Source of the DNA: Squalus acanthias
Taxonomy: Eukaryota
Reading direction: 5' to 3'
Assembly: GCA_030390025.1 (NCBI GenBank)
Contig: CM059439.1
Location: 55,428,001 to 55,492,000, forward strand
DNA length: 64,000 bases
Shown: one piece after another, positions 1 through 13,200 of the stretch
Position numbering within the stretch: the first letter of the stretch is position 1
How the letters are laid out: each line of letters begins with the position of its first letter
Notes under the pieces: generated by a model
Seen by the model: only the letters and a program-made list of their open reading frames with translations
Databases searched by the model: none
What the model was told of the DNA's origin: nothing
Translations under genes and position numbers: made by a program

Positions 1-199
1 GTGTCTGTATGGCACAAAGCATCTGATTGCTCAAATTTCACATGAAGAATGCTCACTGACTTAAATTTCACTGAGCCAGTTTACAAACAATTATTTCCAT
101 ATTGCATCGATTAGTTCAATTTTTTTATTCACTAAAATGCAAAAAAAATCAACCAGCACAAAACCAAACAAATCACTAACATTATTTATCATCTAACTG

Positions 200-545
200 T
201 GAAAGATTGTGTGCGCAAGACAGATTGGGAGATACAAAGACAAAGAGAAAGTGTATGAGGCGTAACGATAGGGTGGCAGAGATAGGAACAGAGGGAAGGA
301 AAGACCGATGGAATCAGGCAGAGAAAGAATAGGAACAAGATTACAGACAAACAAAAATACAGAGACAACAATGAAAGAAACTATGAGGAACATAAAGAGA
401 GAGAAACTGAAAGATAGAGTGGGAAACAAAAATAATTCAAGACTGGAAGACAAACAGAAACAGTTACAGGAGAGAAAAAGCAATGCTTCAGGAGATCAAG
501 TTGACAAAATATGGGAATCCAAATGGTTGGAAAGTGACAGATGAG
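200..545. repeat. Purine-rich (GA/AGAC) low-complexity tract
   Basis: Degenerate gaga/agac/aaag repeats producing spurious ORFs on both strands. Confidence 0.6.
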
Positions 546-699
546 ATTAATCAAAAGGGGGTCAAATGACTTTGCTCTGACCCCCACATTTTGTGACAAT
601 TTTGAGGGAGAAAAATGAGGCAAAGCAGACTGTGCGAAAGTGCAGCATTTCCTGTCACGGAAGATCAACTAATATAGTAAACTATTAAGGCTTACTTAC

Positions 700-765
700 A
701 AAGAGTCTAGCTTCTTGAAGTTGAATATGTTCCCTTTCCAGTAACAAGTAAGCCTTGGATTGCAT
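700..765 (-). CDS. UBE2U: First coding exon of ubiquitin-conjugating enzyme E2 U (gene continues beyond the left edge)
   Basis: Minus strand gaggccATG...CTCTTT|gtaagt translates to MQSKAYLLLEREHIQLQEARLF (22 codons, phase 0, strong donor). Resembles the recalled human N-terminus MHGRAYLLLHRDFCDLKE. UBE2U follows ROR1 on the same strand in mammals. Confidence 0.85.
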
Positions 766-2029
766 GGCCTCACAGGCTGATGACTATTCATCAAATGAAT
801 AATCTTCTTAATCACATAAGTGTAAAATAAGACATTTTATCCTTCCTCCATCTTTGCAGTATCAAACAAATCAGAAAGCACAGTTTAATATTTTACAATA
901 ATCTTATATAAACAAATTAATTAAATGTAATTAATATTTAAAACCAAACAATATTGCTAATAGGTTATAATGGGAGAGTAATAGAGTGCAAAGTGATGCT
1001 GTATAAAGTGGCTAGCTGCCATTTGGAGTTCTTGTGCAAACCTGGTTATCTAATCATAGGGAGTTATCTAGTTTAATATGTTTGCACTGAGAGTTAGCCT
1101 TGCTGTACAGTGATGGACTGGCATCATGTAATCTGAATTGACATGCGATTATACCATGTGATGTAATTTTTTATTCTTACTTTTGCGAGTATTTTGGTGT
1201 AAGATTCCTTCTTTACCCTTGTATTTTTATCCCCTTTCTCTGCCTGACTTCTGCAGGTGGCATGGCTTGTTCCCAAGCCACCACCAGAACCCGTAAAGTT
1301 GAATGCCAGCAGGTTTCAAAGACCAAAACGTGACACTTTGCTGTGCTACTAACTCCAACTGAGACCTTGCAGGCTCTGCTCACCACACCTCCATTCAATA
1401 AGCCTCTGATGGGGAACTAAATGGAGCAGAACTTGCACCTGTATCCTTGGCGGTTCTGTGGCCTGCTAACATTCAGCATCTCAATGCTGCATAGAAAATC
1501 CTTTTAATCTGGCAATTATAAGAAAAAGTTTCATGATTTAAAAGACATTTTTGAGTGGCATCTCTCCTTTATTTTTTGGGCTCCACTTCCCATCTTCAAA
1601 GTCTCTATCAATGACATTCAAAAGCCAGCTTCACAAAGAGTCTCAAGGTGTTGCACCACACAACAACATGACACAAGCTTGTGGATGTCATTCTCTAACA
1701 TCTCTGTTGAAAGTTTACATTCCAACAGTGACTACATTTCAAAAAGTATTTAATTGGGAGTGAAGTGCTTTGGTGAGACCTGTGTAGTGAAAGTCACTAT
1801 ATAAATGCAAATTCTTTCTTTCTCTGCTACTGTACGGGGCATTGAGATCAGGGCAGATGTAGGGGCACAGGGGGCCGGCGTTGGGGGGGGGGGGGGGCAC
1901 TGAGCGTAATTCACTACCCAGTTGCTGAATGAGAAGTCAGTTGTTTCCATTCCCATCGCCAGCCTAAGTGTGTGCACAACCTTAAAACAGATTTATCGAC
2001 ACTTAATAAAACGTTGCACAATGTTTAAA

Positions 2030-2450
2030 GACGTCGCCCTTCTACAGGCGCGACAACGATGTAAAACAGAGTGGACGCGGATTTATTTTTACCAATAAAT
2101 GAAAGGTTAAAGTTTATGCACATTAATTATAAGCGGAAACCTGCAGTAATCTCCGCCTGGTCCCCGGGTCGCTTCACTGGGCCATCGCGGTGCTTCAGTA
2201 AACAGCGCTCACCACTGGCGACAGGCGCTGAATCCGCCAGCTCTCCGCTCCTGCCCCCGGTTTCCAGGAGCGTCTCGCCCGAAATTCGCTGCCCGGGGAC
2301 CGGAAGTATTGTGTCGGTTGCCAGGTAACGAGTGGCGGATTGTTCCGGCAGGAGGAGAGGGCGCCCCCTGCTGGTTCCAAGCAGTCAGTGCGGCCCAGAG
2401 ACCTAAACCACCGCAAATAAAGGGCAGGATGTGGCTGTCCGGAATTGACT
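2030..2450 (-). promoter_or_regulatory. CpG-rich putative UBE2U promoter and non-coding first exon
   Basis: High CpG density; ETS motif ACCGGAAGT 2299-2307; X-box GTTGCCAGGTAAC 2317-2329; candidate minus-strand donor GTG|GTGAGC at 2213/2212; about 1.5 kb upstream of the UBE2U ATG. Confidence 0.6.
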
Positions 2451-2885
2451 CTAAACCCATCTCTAATTCCACTCAAACCGAACTCTTAATTCCTACAAAA
2501 CAAATATCAACACAACGCAAAATCCACCCAAACCCATCTCCAGTCGAGCGATTATAATCTGAGGGTTCCGATGGTAAACACAAATCTCCTAATGATGCCA
2601 TCTGCCCTCGAAATTTGGTTCCTGTCTTTTAATAAATTGACTGCAATCATCCACTTCAAACTAACAAGTCTCAGGTAAGACTGAAACGAGAAGATTATTT
2701 TCCTTCCATCAAGTGATATATTTAATAAACTCTCAGCTAAAGTAGTTAATATTATGGCAATTCTTATTTTTTAAACAAGCTGGATAAATATCCGGCTAGG
2801 AACAGCATTGTAGGTTATAAAAGTATGCACAGTGCGACGTGTGTCAGATGATAGTTATTGGGCTGATAGAACCAGGGAAACGCAA

Positions 2886-3378
2886 TAGCAAAATACTGCA
2901 GATGCTGCAAGTCTGAAATAAAATAGAAAATGCTGGAAATACTCAGCAGGTCAGGCAACATCTGTGGAGAGAGAAACAGAGTTAACCTTGCAGGTCGATG
3001 ACTTTTCATCAGAACTGGAAAAAGTTATAGATGTAATCGGGTTTAAGCAAGTACAGCGGCGGGGGAGGGGAGGAAAGAATAACGGGGAAGGTCTGTGATA
3101 GGATGGAAGGCAGGAGAGATTAAATGACAAAAGGGATGATGGTAATGGAACAAGTAAAGAAACAAAAGATGGGTCCAGAGGAGGTGTAAATGGGGGTAGC
3201 AGAATCATCAACAGCTGCTGTCTGTTAAAATGGGGGCAGAGGTTATGATTTGAAATTGTTGAACTCAATGTTGAGTCCGGAAGGCTGTAAAGTGCCTAAT
3301 CGAAAGATCCGTTCAGTCCGCAAGCGTGATCCCGAGCTTCTGGTCGCCAGTCACTTTAATTCTCTGACCTCTCTGTCT
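2886..3378 (-). mobile_element. Penelope-like element family A, 3' end with pseudo-LTR and short 5' inversion
   Basis: 2886-3307 is the reverse complement of the 61050-61507 end. 3308-3378 matches 60905-60990 in plus orientation. Degenerate hammerhead at about 2980-3017. Confidence 0.8.
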
Positions 3379-3666
3379 AAAGAGGGCTAAATTGGATAGC
3401 CCACGAAAATGGGCGCAGGGATCGCAAAGCACAATTACCCCACGCCCGTTTGATGTAATGCAGGCAGCAGATTAGCATGATTTCTGCGTGCAGCCAGCAC
3501 TAACCATGCTGTTGATTGGCTGCATGCATCAGCAGGGGCCCCAAAATCGATACTTGCAAACACTACTTAAAGCTAGCCTGCAACTCTTAAAGGGGAGGTG
3601 CATTCTGGCAAGAGCAGATGCTGGGAGTCCTGTGTGAGTTGAATCTGAACTGGGCAAAACAGAAGA

Positions 3667-6600
3667 ATGGTTGAAATTGGGATAGAGCGGGCACCCAGGT
3701 TTTCCGACACTGCACTGGAGGTCTTGGTGGAGGAAATGGAAAGGAGGAGAGACGTCCTGTATCCACAGGAAGCCCTCCAGATACACGGTGAACAGGCAGT
3801 GGGAGCAGATAGCCCTGGAGGTAAATGCCAGGAGTTTTTTTTAAAAATTCGTTCATGGGATCTGGGTGTCGCTGGCAAGGCCAGCATTTATTGCCCATCC
3901 CTAATTGCCCTTGAGAAGGTGATGGTGAGCCGCCTTCTTGAACCGCTGCAGTCCGTGCGGTGAAGGTACTCCCACAATGCTGTTAGGGAGGGAGTTCCAG
4001 GATTTTGACCCAGTGACGATGAAGGAATGGCAATATACTTCCAAGTCAGGATGGTGTGTGACTTGGAGGGAAACTTGGAGTTGGTGGTGGTCCCATGCGC
4101 CTGCTGCCCTTGTCCTTCTAGGTGGTAGAGGTCACGGGTTTGGGAGGTGCTGCCGAAGGAGTCTTGGCAAGTTGCTGCAGTGCATCTTGTAGATGGTACA
4201 AACTGCAGCCACGGTACGCCGGTGGTGGAGGGCGTGAATGTTTAAGGTGGTGGATGGGTGCTAATCAAGTGGGCTGCTTTGTCCTGGATGGTGTCGAGTT
4301 TCTTGAGTGTTGTTGGAGCTGCACTCATCCAGGCAAGTGGAGAGTATTCCATCACACTCCTTACTTGTGCCTTGTAGATGGTGGAAAGGCTTTGGGGAGT
4401 CAGGAGGTGAAACACTCGCCGCAGAATACCTAGCCTCTGACCTGCTCTTGTTGCCACAGTATTTATGTGGCTGGTCCAGTTAAGTTTCTGGTCAATGATG
4501 ACCCCCAGGATGTTGATGGTGGGAGAATTGGCGATGGTAATGCTGTTGAATGTCAAGGGGCGGTGGTTAGACTCTCGCTTGTTGGAGATGGTCATTGCCT
4601 GGTACTTGTGTGGCGCGAATGTTACCTGCCACTTATCAGCCCAAGCCTGAATGTCGTCCAGGTCTTGTTGCATGCGGGCATGGACTGCTTCATTATCTGA
4701 AGAGTTGCGAATGGCACTGAACACTGTGCAGTCATCAGCAAACATCCCCATTTTTGACCTTATGATGGAGGGAAGGTCATTGATGAAGCAGCTGAAGATG
4801 GTTGGGCCTAGGACACTGCCCTGAGGAACTCCTGCAGCGATGTCCTGGGGCTGTGATGATTGACCTTCAACCACCACAACCTTTGTGCTACGTATGACTC
4901 CAGCCAGTGGAGAGTTTTCCCCCCGATTCCCATTGACTTCAATTTTACTCGGGCTCCTTGATGCCACACCCGTTCAAATGCTGCCTTGGTGTCAAGGGCA
5001 GTCACTCCCACCTCACCTCTGGAATTCAGCTCCTTTGTCCATGTTTGGACCAAGGCTGTAATGAGGTCGGGAGCCAAGTGGTCTTGGCAGAACCCAAACT
5101 GGGCATCAGCGAGCAGGTTATTGGTAAGTGCCACTTGATAGCACTGTCGATGACGACACCTTCCATCACTTTGCTGATGAATCGAATTGCCTGAAGACTG
5201 GCTTTTGTGATGGTGGGGACCTCGGGAGTAGGCCAATATGGATCATCCATTCGGCACTTCTGGCTGAAGATGGTTGCAAATGCTTCAGCCTTGTCTTTTG
5301 CACTCACGTGCTGGGCTCCACCATCATTGAGGATGGGGATATTCATGGAGCCGCCTCCTCCCATTAGTTGTTTAATGGTCCACCACCATTCACGACTGGA
5401 TGTGGCAGGACTGCAGAGCTTTGATCTGATCAGTTGACTGTGGGATCGCTTAGCCTTGTCTATAGCATGCTGCTTCCGCTTTTTAGCATGCATGTAGTCC
5501 TGTGTTGCAGTTTCCCCAGGTTGGCACCTCATTTTTAGGTGCGCCTGGTGCTGCTCCTGGCATGCTCGTCTACACTCCTTATTGAACCAGGGTTGTCACC
5601 TGGCTTGATGGTAATGGTAGAGTGAGGGATATGTCGGGCCATGAGGTTACTGATTGTGGTGGAATACAATTCTGCTGCTGATGATGGCGCACACCGCCTC
5701 ATGGATGCCCAGTTTTGAGCTGCTAGATCTGTTCTGAATCTATCCCATTTAGCACGGTGGTAATGCCACACAACACGATGGAAGTGTGAAGTTTAGCCCC
5801 AAGGACCTGGATGCAGTGCTGGAAGAAGTTTGATGACCTCACACGAGTGGTCAAGGTCACTGAATGCATCTTCAAATGCCATATCCTACCACTAGCCTCA
5901 ACCACTGCTCAAATCACCACACACCCACCACTAACCTACCAACAATTTCTATCAATCAGGATTCATACCTAACATTTATATGCTACCTCACCCTCACACA
6001 CTTAGCACTGTTGCAAGCCTCACACTCACACTGCCAGCTATTCAACCATGACAGCCATATCACCCAAACATATTGCCCGGCACTCTCTGACACACTACCC
6101 TCTCTCTTGCAGGAGAAGGTGGCGCACAACTGAAGGCAGCAGGGGATAACCGGAGGGGAAGCAACGCGCCTGCATGCTCAAACCCCCATGGAGGAGACAG
6201 TGCTGGCCATTATTGGAAGGGCCATTGCTGAGCCCTTGGCCAGTGGCGGGGCTGAATCCATTGAAGATGACGGTATCTTCATATCTAATCCTCCTTCTCA
6301 CAATCCACTTATCCTCATCCCACAATTTCTTCTGACTTTCAAGCTGCAGATGGTGTAAACTTGCACCTCTTACTTTCCCCCCTCCCCTCAGCACCACCTT
6401 ATCCTTGTACCTTTCTCCTTTCAGATACCAAGAAGTGCAACGTGGTCAGGCGGTGTAGTAAGACCAAGAAGACAGTGATGATGAAGACATACCGTCTTGA
6501 TTTCACACTCGCAGCCACCAGCTCAGATATTGACACTACACGTACCTTAGAGGATAGATTAGAGGCGGGATCTGCACGTGGTGAGACACCGGGCACAAGG

Positions 6601-7452
6601 CAGGTGCTTCAGCCAGGGCAGGGGGCAAGGATAGCGCAGGTTCCAGCTCGCCAGAGGGCAAGGTCGCACACAAGTTCTGCTGCAGAGGACTCAGATGAGG
6701 AATTTGATGGGCCAGGCTACAGAAGGCGGCTGATGGGTGTACACAACAAAATGCTTGGTGCATTGAGAAGCCTGCCTGAAAGCCTGTGTTCAATGTCAAG
6801 GAGTATGGAGGAGTTTGGCACCAACTTGGCACATTTTTGCGCAGAGCTTGGAGCCCATCCTTTCCAGCACGAAAGTGGTGGCCAACTCCATCAACACAGT
6901 TGTGGACCCAACCATGATGCAGCACTAGCAGCTTCCACCAAAAGTCTGAGTGCTGCTGTGGAAGCTGAGACTGCTGTCATGCAAGCTCAGACTGCTGCCA
7001 TCATGGCTGTGGATACCCGTGTTCAAAGGGGCTAGCAGGGTGTCACAACAATCCAGCAATCTGTCTACCAACAGATTACTAGGATTGCTGAGGCACCACC
7101 CCGGGGATTGTGGCAGTGGCTCCATGCAGCACGAGCCTACAGTCCTCTCTCAGGATGACAGCATTCATGCTCCCACCCCCTGCCACTCCGCCACTGCCCT
7201 TACTGTTGCCTATCAGCCAGCCAGCCCAGACTGCTGCCGCCCATGCCAACATGGTGCAGTCTGAAGCCAGGCCTTCTAGGCCCAGAACTGCTTGACGTCG
7301 TCCTCCAAGGCTGTCTGCAGTCTCCTGTACTGAAAGTCAGCAACCTTCCACCAGCCTATGCTTTAGCCAGTGGGGTTGCCCTACGTAGGAGCACTAGGAT
7401 AGGCAAAGGCACATGGAAGACAGGCACGAAGGGAATGCACAAATGTGATTAG
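3667..7452 (+). pseudogene. Harbinger Myb/SANT-like DNA-binding gene, three exons, decayed and LINE-interrupted
   Basis: ERAPRFSDTALEVLVEEMERRRDVLYP at 3667, then PRTWMQCWKKFDDLTRVVK to 5855. Splice-like junctions at 5855/5856, 6112/6113, 6272/6273 and 6424/6425. Internal stops and frameshifts. Confidence 0.7.
3838..5789 (-). mobile_element. 5'-truncated non-LTR retrotransposon (CR1/L2-group family B), RT region, nested in Harbinger
   Basis: RT motifs GVPQGSVLGP and FADD in ORF 4242-4967; further ORF2 pieces 4808-5771; A-rich 3' end at 3838; AGTTT repeated at both junctions; near-identical family copy at 35750-36660. Confidence 0.9.
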
Positions 7453-7543
7453 TTTAAGTTTGTATGTAATATGGCATGATTTCATTCATAAATTTGGTTT
7501 GAAATGTTAATTTTGTGTTGGTTTTTATTTTGTATTTTGGCCA

Positions 7544-10500
7544 TAGAAGATAAGAACATAAGAAATAGGAGCAGGAGGAGGCCATTTGGCCCTTCGAGCC
7601 TGCTCAGCCATTCAATAAGATCATGGCTGATCTTCTACCTCATCTCCACTTTCCTGCACTATCCCCATAATATTCAAAAATCTATCTATCTCTGTCTTGA
7701 ATATACTCAACGACTGAGCCTCCACAGCCCTCTGGGGTAGAGAATTCCAAAGATTCACCACCCTCTGAGTGAAGAAATTTCTCCTCATCTCAGTCCTAAA
7801 TGGCCGACCCCTTATTCTGAGACTGTGACCCCTGGTTCTAGACTCCCCAGCCAGGGGAAACAACCTCCCTGCATCTACCCGGTCATCTCCTGTAAGAATT
7901 TTGTATGATTCAATGAGATCACCTCTCTTTCTTCTAAACTCTAGAGAATATCGGCCTAGTCTACTCAATCTCTCCTCATAGGACAATTCTCCCATCCCAG
8001 GAACCAGTCTAGTGAACCTTCGTTGCACTCCCTCTCTGGCAAGTATATGCTTCCTTAGGTAAGGAGACCAAAACTGTACACAATACTCCAGGTGTGGTCT
8101 CACCAGGCCCTATATAATTGCAGTAAGACATCTTTACTCTTATACTCAAATCCTCTTGTAATAAAGGCCAACATACCAATTGCTTGCTGTACCTGCATGT
8201 TAACTTTCAGTGATTCGTGTACAAGGACACCCAGGTCCCTCTGAACACCAACATTTCCCAATCTCTCACCATTTAAAAAATACTCTGCTTTTCTATTTTT
8301 CCTACCAAAGTGGATAACTTCACATTTCTCCACATTATATTCCATTTGCCATGTTCTTGCCCACTCACTTAGCCTGTCTATAACCCCTTGAAGCCTCCTT
8401 GCATCATCCTCACAACTTACATTCCTCCCATCCAGCTTTGTATCATCAGCAAATTTGGATATATTACATTTGGTCCCCTCATCCAAATCGTTGATGTAGA
8501 TTGTGAATAGCTGAGGCCCAAGCACTGATCCTTGCGGTACCCCACTAGTTACCTTAAAGCTAAAGGTATCAAGGGATATGGGGAGAAGGCAGGTACAGGG
8601 TACTGAGTTTAGATGATCAGCCATGATCTCATCGAATGGCGGAGCAGGCTCGAGGGGCCGAATGGCCTACTCCTGCTCTTATCTTCTATGTTTCTATGTT
8701 ACAGCCTGCCAACCCGAACATGACCCGTTTATTCCTACTTTCTGTTTTCTGTCCGTTAACCAATCCTCAATCCATGCTAGTATATTACCCTCAATCCCAT
8801 GAGCCCTAATTTTGTTTAATAACCTCTTGTGTGGCACCTTATTGAATGCCTTCTGAAAATCCAAATACACCACATCTACTGGTTCCCCCTTATCTATTCA
8901 GCTAGTTACAACTTCAAAACACTAACAGATTCGTCAAACACGATTTCCCTTTCATAAATCCGTGTTAACTCTGCCCAATCCTATTATTTTTTTCTCAGTG
9001 CCCTGTTACCACGTTCTTATTAATAAATTCTAGCATTTTCCCTACTACTGATGTCAGGCTAACTGGTCTGTAGTTCCCCATTTTCTCTCTCCCTCCTTAA
9101 ATACATTTGCCACCTTCCAATCCACGGGAACCGTTCTGGAGTCTATGGAATTTTGGAAAATGACAACCAATGCATCCACTATCTCTATAGCCACCTCTTT
9201 CAAAACCCTAGGATGCAGGGCATCAGGTCCAGGAGATTTATCAGCTTTCAGTCCCAATAATTTCTCCAGTACTATTTTTTTTTTACTAATACTAATTTCT
9301 TTCAGTTCCTCATTCTCGCTAGAGCCTTGGTTCTCCAATATTTCTGGTAAGTTTTTTGCATCTTCTTCTGTGAAGACAGACACAAAGTATTTGTTTAATG
9401 TCTCTGCCATTTCTTTATTCCCCATTATAATTTCTCTTGTCTCGGCCTGTAAGGGACCCACATTTACTTTCACTAATCTTTTCCTTTTTACATACCTATA
9501 GAAGTTTTTACAGTCTGTTTTTATGTCTGTCGCTAGTTTACGCTCATATTCTATTTTCCCTTTCTTTATCAATTTCTTGATCCTCCTTTGCTGAATTCTA
9601 AAATCCTCCCAATCCTCAGTCCTATTACTCTTTTTGGCAGCATTATAAGCCTCTTCCTTTGATCTAATACTATCTTTAACTTCTCTTGTTAGCCACGGTT
9701 GGACCACTTTTCCGGTGGGGTTTTTGTGCCTTAAAGGAATATATACTTGTTGTAAATTATGTATTAATTCTTTAAATGCTAGCCATTGCTTGTCTACCAT
9801 CATACCTTTTAATGTAGTTTCCCAATCTACCTTAGCCAACTCACCCCTCATACTTACGTAGTTTGCTTGGTTTAGATTTAAGACCCTAGTTTCAGATTTA
9901 ACTGAATCACTTTCAAACTCAATATAAAATTCTGTCATATTATAGTCACTCTTCCCTAAAGGCCCCTTTACTACAAGGTTATTAATTAACCCTTTCTCAT
10001 TGCACAATACTAGATCTAAAATGGCCTGTTCCCTAGTTGGTTCCTCAACATACTGATCTAGAAAATTATCTTGCATACATTCCATGAATTCGTCCTCCAC
10101 ACTATTACTGCAAATTTGGTTTGCCCAGTCTATATGTAGATTAAAGTTCCCCATGATTACTGTATTACCCTTGTTACATGCGCCTCTAATTTCCTGATTT
10201 ATACTCTGCCCTACATTACAACTACTGTTTGGGGGCCTATAAACAACTCCCACCAATGTTTTCTGCCCTTTGCTGTTTCTTAGCTCCACCCAAACTGATT
10301 CTACTTCTTGATTTTTGGAACTAAGATCCTTTCTCTCTATTGTCTTTATCCCATCCTTATTGTCAGGGCTACCCCTCCTCCTTTTCTATTTTGCCTATCT
10401 TTTCTAAAAGTTAAGTATCCTGGAATATTTAGTTCCCAACCTTGGCCACTTCGCAACAACGTCTCAGTTATGGCTGTTAGATCAAACCTGTTGATTTCTA

Positions 10501-11982
10501 TCTGCGCTATTAATTCATCTATTTTGTTGCGACTGCTTCGCGCATTCAGATATAGTGCCTTTAGCTTTGACTTATTTCTCTTTTCCCTTATGTCACCTTA
10601 GTCACTGATGCCATATTACCTTTGTTACTCTCTCTGTCCCTTCCTGACCCACTCTGCTTATTTTTACCCAAAACTCTACTCTGCTCTAGAGCCTTGACAT
10701 TTCTCTCGCTGCTTTTAAATTTACTCTTTCCTGAATTCTCCCACCCCACCTTCATTAGTTTAAAGCCCTGTCTACTGCTCTAGTTATTCGGTTCGCCAGG
10801 ACACTGGTCCCAGCCCGGTTTAAGTGGAGCCCGTTCCAACGGAACAGCTCCCTCTTTCCCCAGTACTGGTGCCAGTGCCCCATGAACTGAAATCCCTTCC
10901 TCCCACACCACTCTTTGAGCCACGCATTTAAACCTCTAATCTGTTTGTCCCTATGCCAATTTGCGCGTGGCTCAGGTAACAATCCAGAGATTATTACCTT
11001 TGAGCTTCTGCTTTTTAATTTGGATCCTAGCTCCTCAAACTCCCTCAGCAGAACCTCATTCCTAGTTCTACCTATGTCATTGGTTCCTACGTGGACCACG
11101 ACAACTGGATCCTCCCCCTCCCACTCCAAGTTCTTCTCCAGCCACGAGGAGATGTCTTTAATCCTGGCACCGGGCAGGCAACACAACCTTCGGAACTCTC
11201 GGTCGCGGCTGCAGAGAACAGTATCTATCCCCCTGACTATACTGTCCCCTACCACAACTACATTCCCTTTCACTTTCCCCACTTGAATGGCCTACTGCAC
11301 CATGGTGCCATGGTCAGCTTGCTCATCCATCCTGCAGGCATTTCCCTCATCCACACAGGCAGCAAGAACCTCATACCTGTTGGACAAGGGCAAAGGCTGA
11401 GGCTCCTCCAGCCATGCACCTGGGGTCCCCTTACCTGCCTGAGTTGCAGTCACACCCTCCTGTCCCTGACCACTAACCAGACCTTGTACCACTACGTAAC
11501 CTAAGGGATGTGACTGCCTCCTGGATCAAAGTGTCCAGGTAACTCTCCCCATCCCTGATGCCCTGCAATGTCTGCACCTCAGACTCCAGCTCAAAATCTC
11601 TGAGCTGAAGTTCCTCAAGCTGTGGGCACTTACTGCAAACGTGGTTGTCCGGGATCACAATGCTCTCCACAAACTCCCACATGCTGCAGTTGCGGCACAC
11701 CACCTGCACTGCCATCCTTATATGACCTTGTTTTATTTAATTAAATGTAATTAAATTTGTAATTAGGCAACTTAGTTTACAGTGTAGTTTCTTGACTACT
11801 TACTTGATCTAGATTAAGTTAAGGGTACTGAAATTAAATATCTACCTGTAACACAAAGCACTACAAGTAGTGTAGGCAAAAAGCAACAACTCCTTCCCCC
11901 TCTTCTCCGAATTCCCACTCTTTCCAAATTCCCAACTAAAACACTCTGTTAAAGTCCACTCTGTTTAATCCTGCTCTGTGCA
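7544..11982 (-). mobile_element. Essentially full-length CR1 LINE (ORF1 Zn-finger plus SGNH esterase; ORF2 APE-RT), frameshifted, nested in Harbinger
   Basis: ORF1 pieces CRNC...CSKC (11473-11715) and VVVGDSIVR...HVGTND...GLHLN (10755-11282). ORF2 pieces VYRPP, GVPQGSVLGP, FADD, RPHLEYCVQFWSP. (TAAGAACA)n tail at 7544-7565. GGCCA at both junctions (7539-7543, 11983-11987). Confidence 0.95.
8553..8697 (+). mobile_element. Short CR1 3'-end fragment inserted in opposite orientation inside the CR1 RT
   Basis: Matches 54368-54510; (TTTCTATG)n tail; GTTAC at 8548-8552 and 8698-8702. Confidence 0.9.
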
Positions 11983-12080
11983 GGCCAAGAGGACAATGTG
12001 ATGGTCAGTGACAGAGGGAGGGTAATGAGTGTGGTACTGTTGGTGAACGGGGAATTGGGGTTACTGGTATCACACTTGAA

Positions 12081-13200
12081 TTAGTTCTTCACGTACAGTC
12101 CAGGCAGAAAGGGGCTGTCTAGGTTGCCGCCTCCCTTCCTCTTCCGCCTCCTCCTCCACATCCTCCTCGTGCTCCTGCAGCTCAGCTTCTCACCTGATGA
12201 GTGGACAGCCCATGCACCACCTATTATGACAAGGTTGTGCAACATGCAGTTTACCGCCACGAATCTTGATACCCGCTCAGTCAAGTACTGCAGGGCCGCT
12301 CCAGAGCGGGCCAGGCAGCGTTGTTTCACCACGCCAATGGTCTGCTCTATCACATTTCTTGTGGCAGCATGGATCTCATTGTATGCATACTATGCACGTG
12401 TGCGTGGGTTGCGAACCTGAGTCGTGGGCCATGTCATCAGCAGATAGCCCTTGTCGCCCAGTAGCCGCCCTTTGGTTTGCCGTGGTGGCTGAAATACAGC
12501 TGGCACAGCGGACTGCCACAGAATGAAGGCATCATGACTGCTGCCCGGATACTGGGCATTGACCTACATGATGCGCTGCCTATGATCACACACCATGCAC
12601 GTTGAGGGAGTGGAATCCCTTTCGGTTCCGGTACATGGCAGAGTTGACATGCAGCGCCTGCAAAGCAATGTGCGTGCAGTTAGTGGTACCTGCACCAGGG
12701 GAAAGCCTGTAAACCTTGCAAACCCTCCTGCTTACTCCCACTGCTTGTCTCTGGCAAGAGGGAATGAAATGAAGTTAGCTCTCTTTGAATAGAGAGCCTC
12801 AGTGACCTCCCTTAAGCAACATTGGACGGCAAACTGTGAACTGTTGCTAATATCTCCAGCACCAGCCTGGAAGGAGACGCGTAAAACTTAGAGCCACGGT
12901 CACCTTCACAACCACTGGCAATGCGGTCCTTGCCCTGCTCTGAAGTTGGAGTCGGGGCAGTGGCAGGTGGTAGATTTCAGTGAGGACCTCCTTACTGAAG
13001 TGCAGACATCTCAAACATTGTTCGCCACTGAGGTTCAGGTAGGAGAATTGCTCTTTGAACACCCTGGGTGATATGGCCTCCTGCTGAGAGCCCTTCTCCC
13101 CTTCCTCCTCCCTCTTCTAGCAGCTTGTCCTGCTCTGTGTGACCTCTGCTCATTCTCCCAGTCATGCTCTATTCCAAGAGGAAGGCCTACTAGTGAACAC
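12081..13200 (-). pseudogene. Harbinger DDE transposase (HARBI1-like), decayed
   Basis: Minus-strand motifs NRKGFHSLNV (about 12600-12627), YPGSSHDAFIL (about 12520-12552), GDKGY (about 12444-12458) and IEQTIGVVKQR...CMLHNL; multiple frameshifts. Confidence 0.9.

Noticed and set aside
189-668. Hydrophobic or Lys/Glu-rich ORFs
   Set aside because: Artefacts of GA-rich low complexity
12081-13200. Domesticated host gene HARBI1 (and NAIF1/MSANTD at 3667)
   Set aside because: Frameshifts, stops and nested LINEs indicate a decayed transposon
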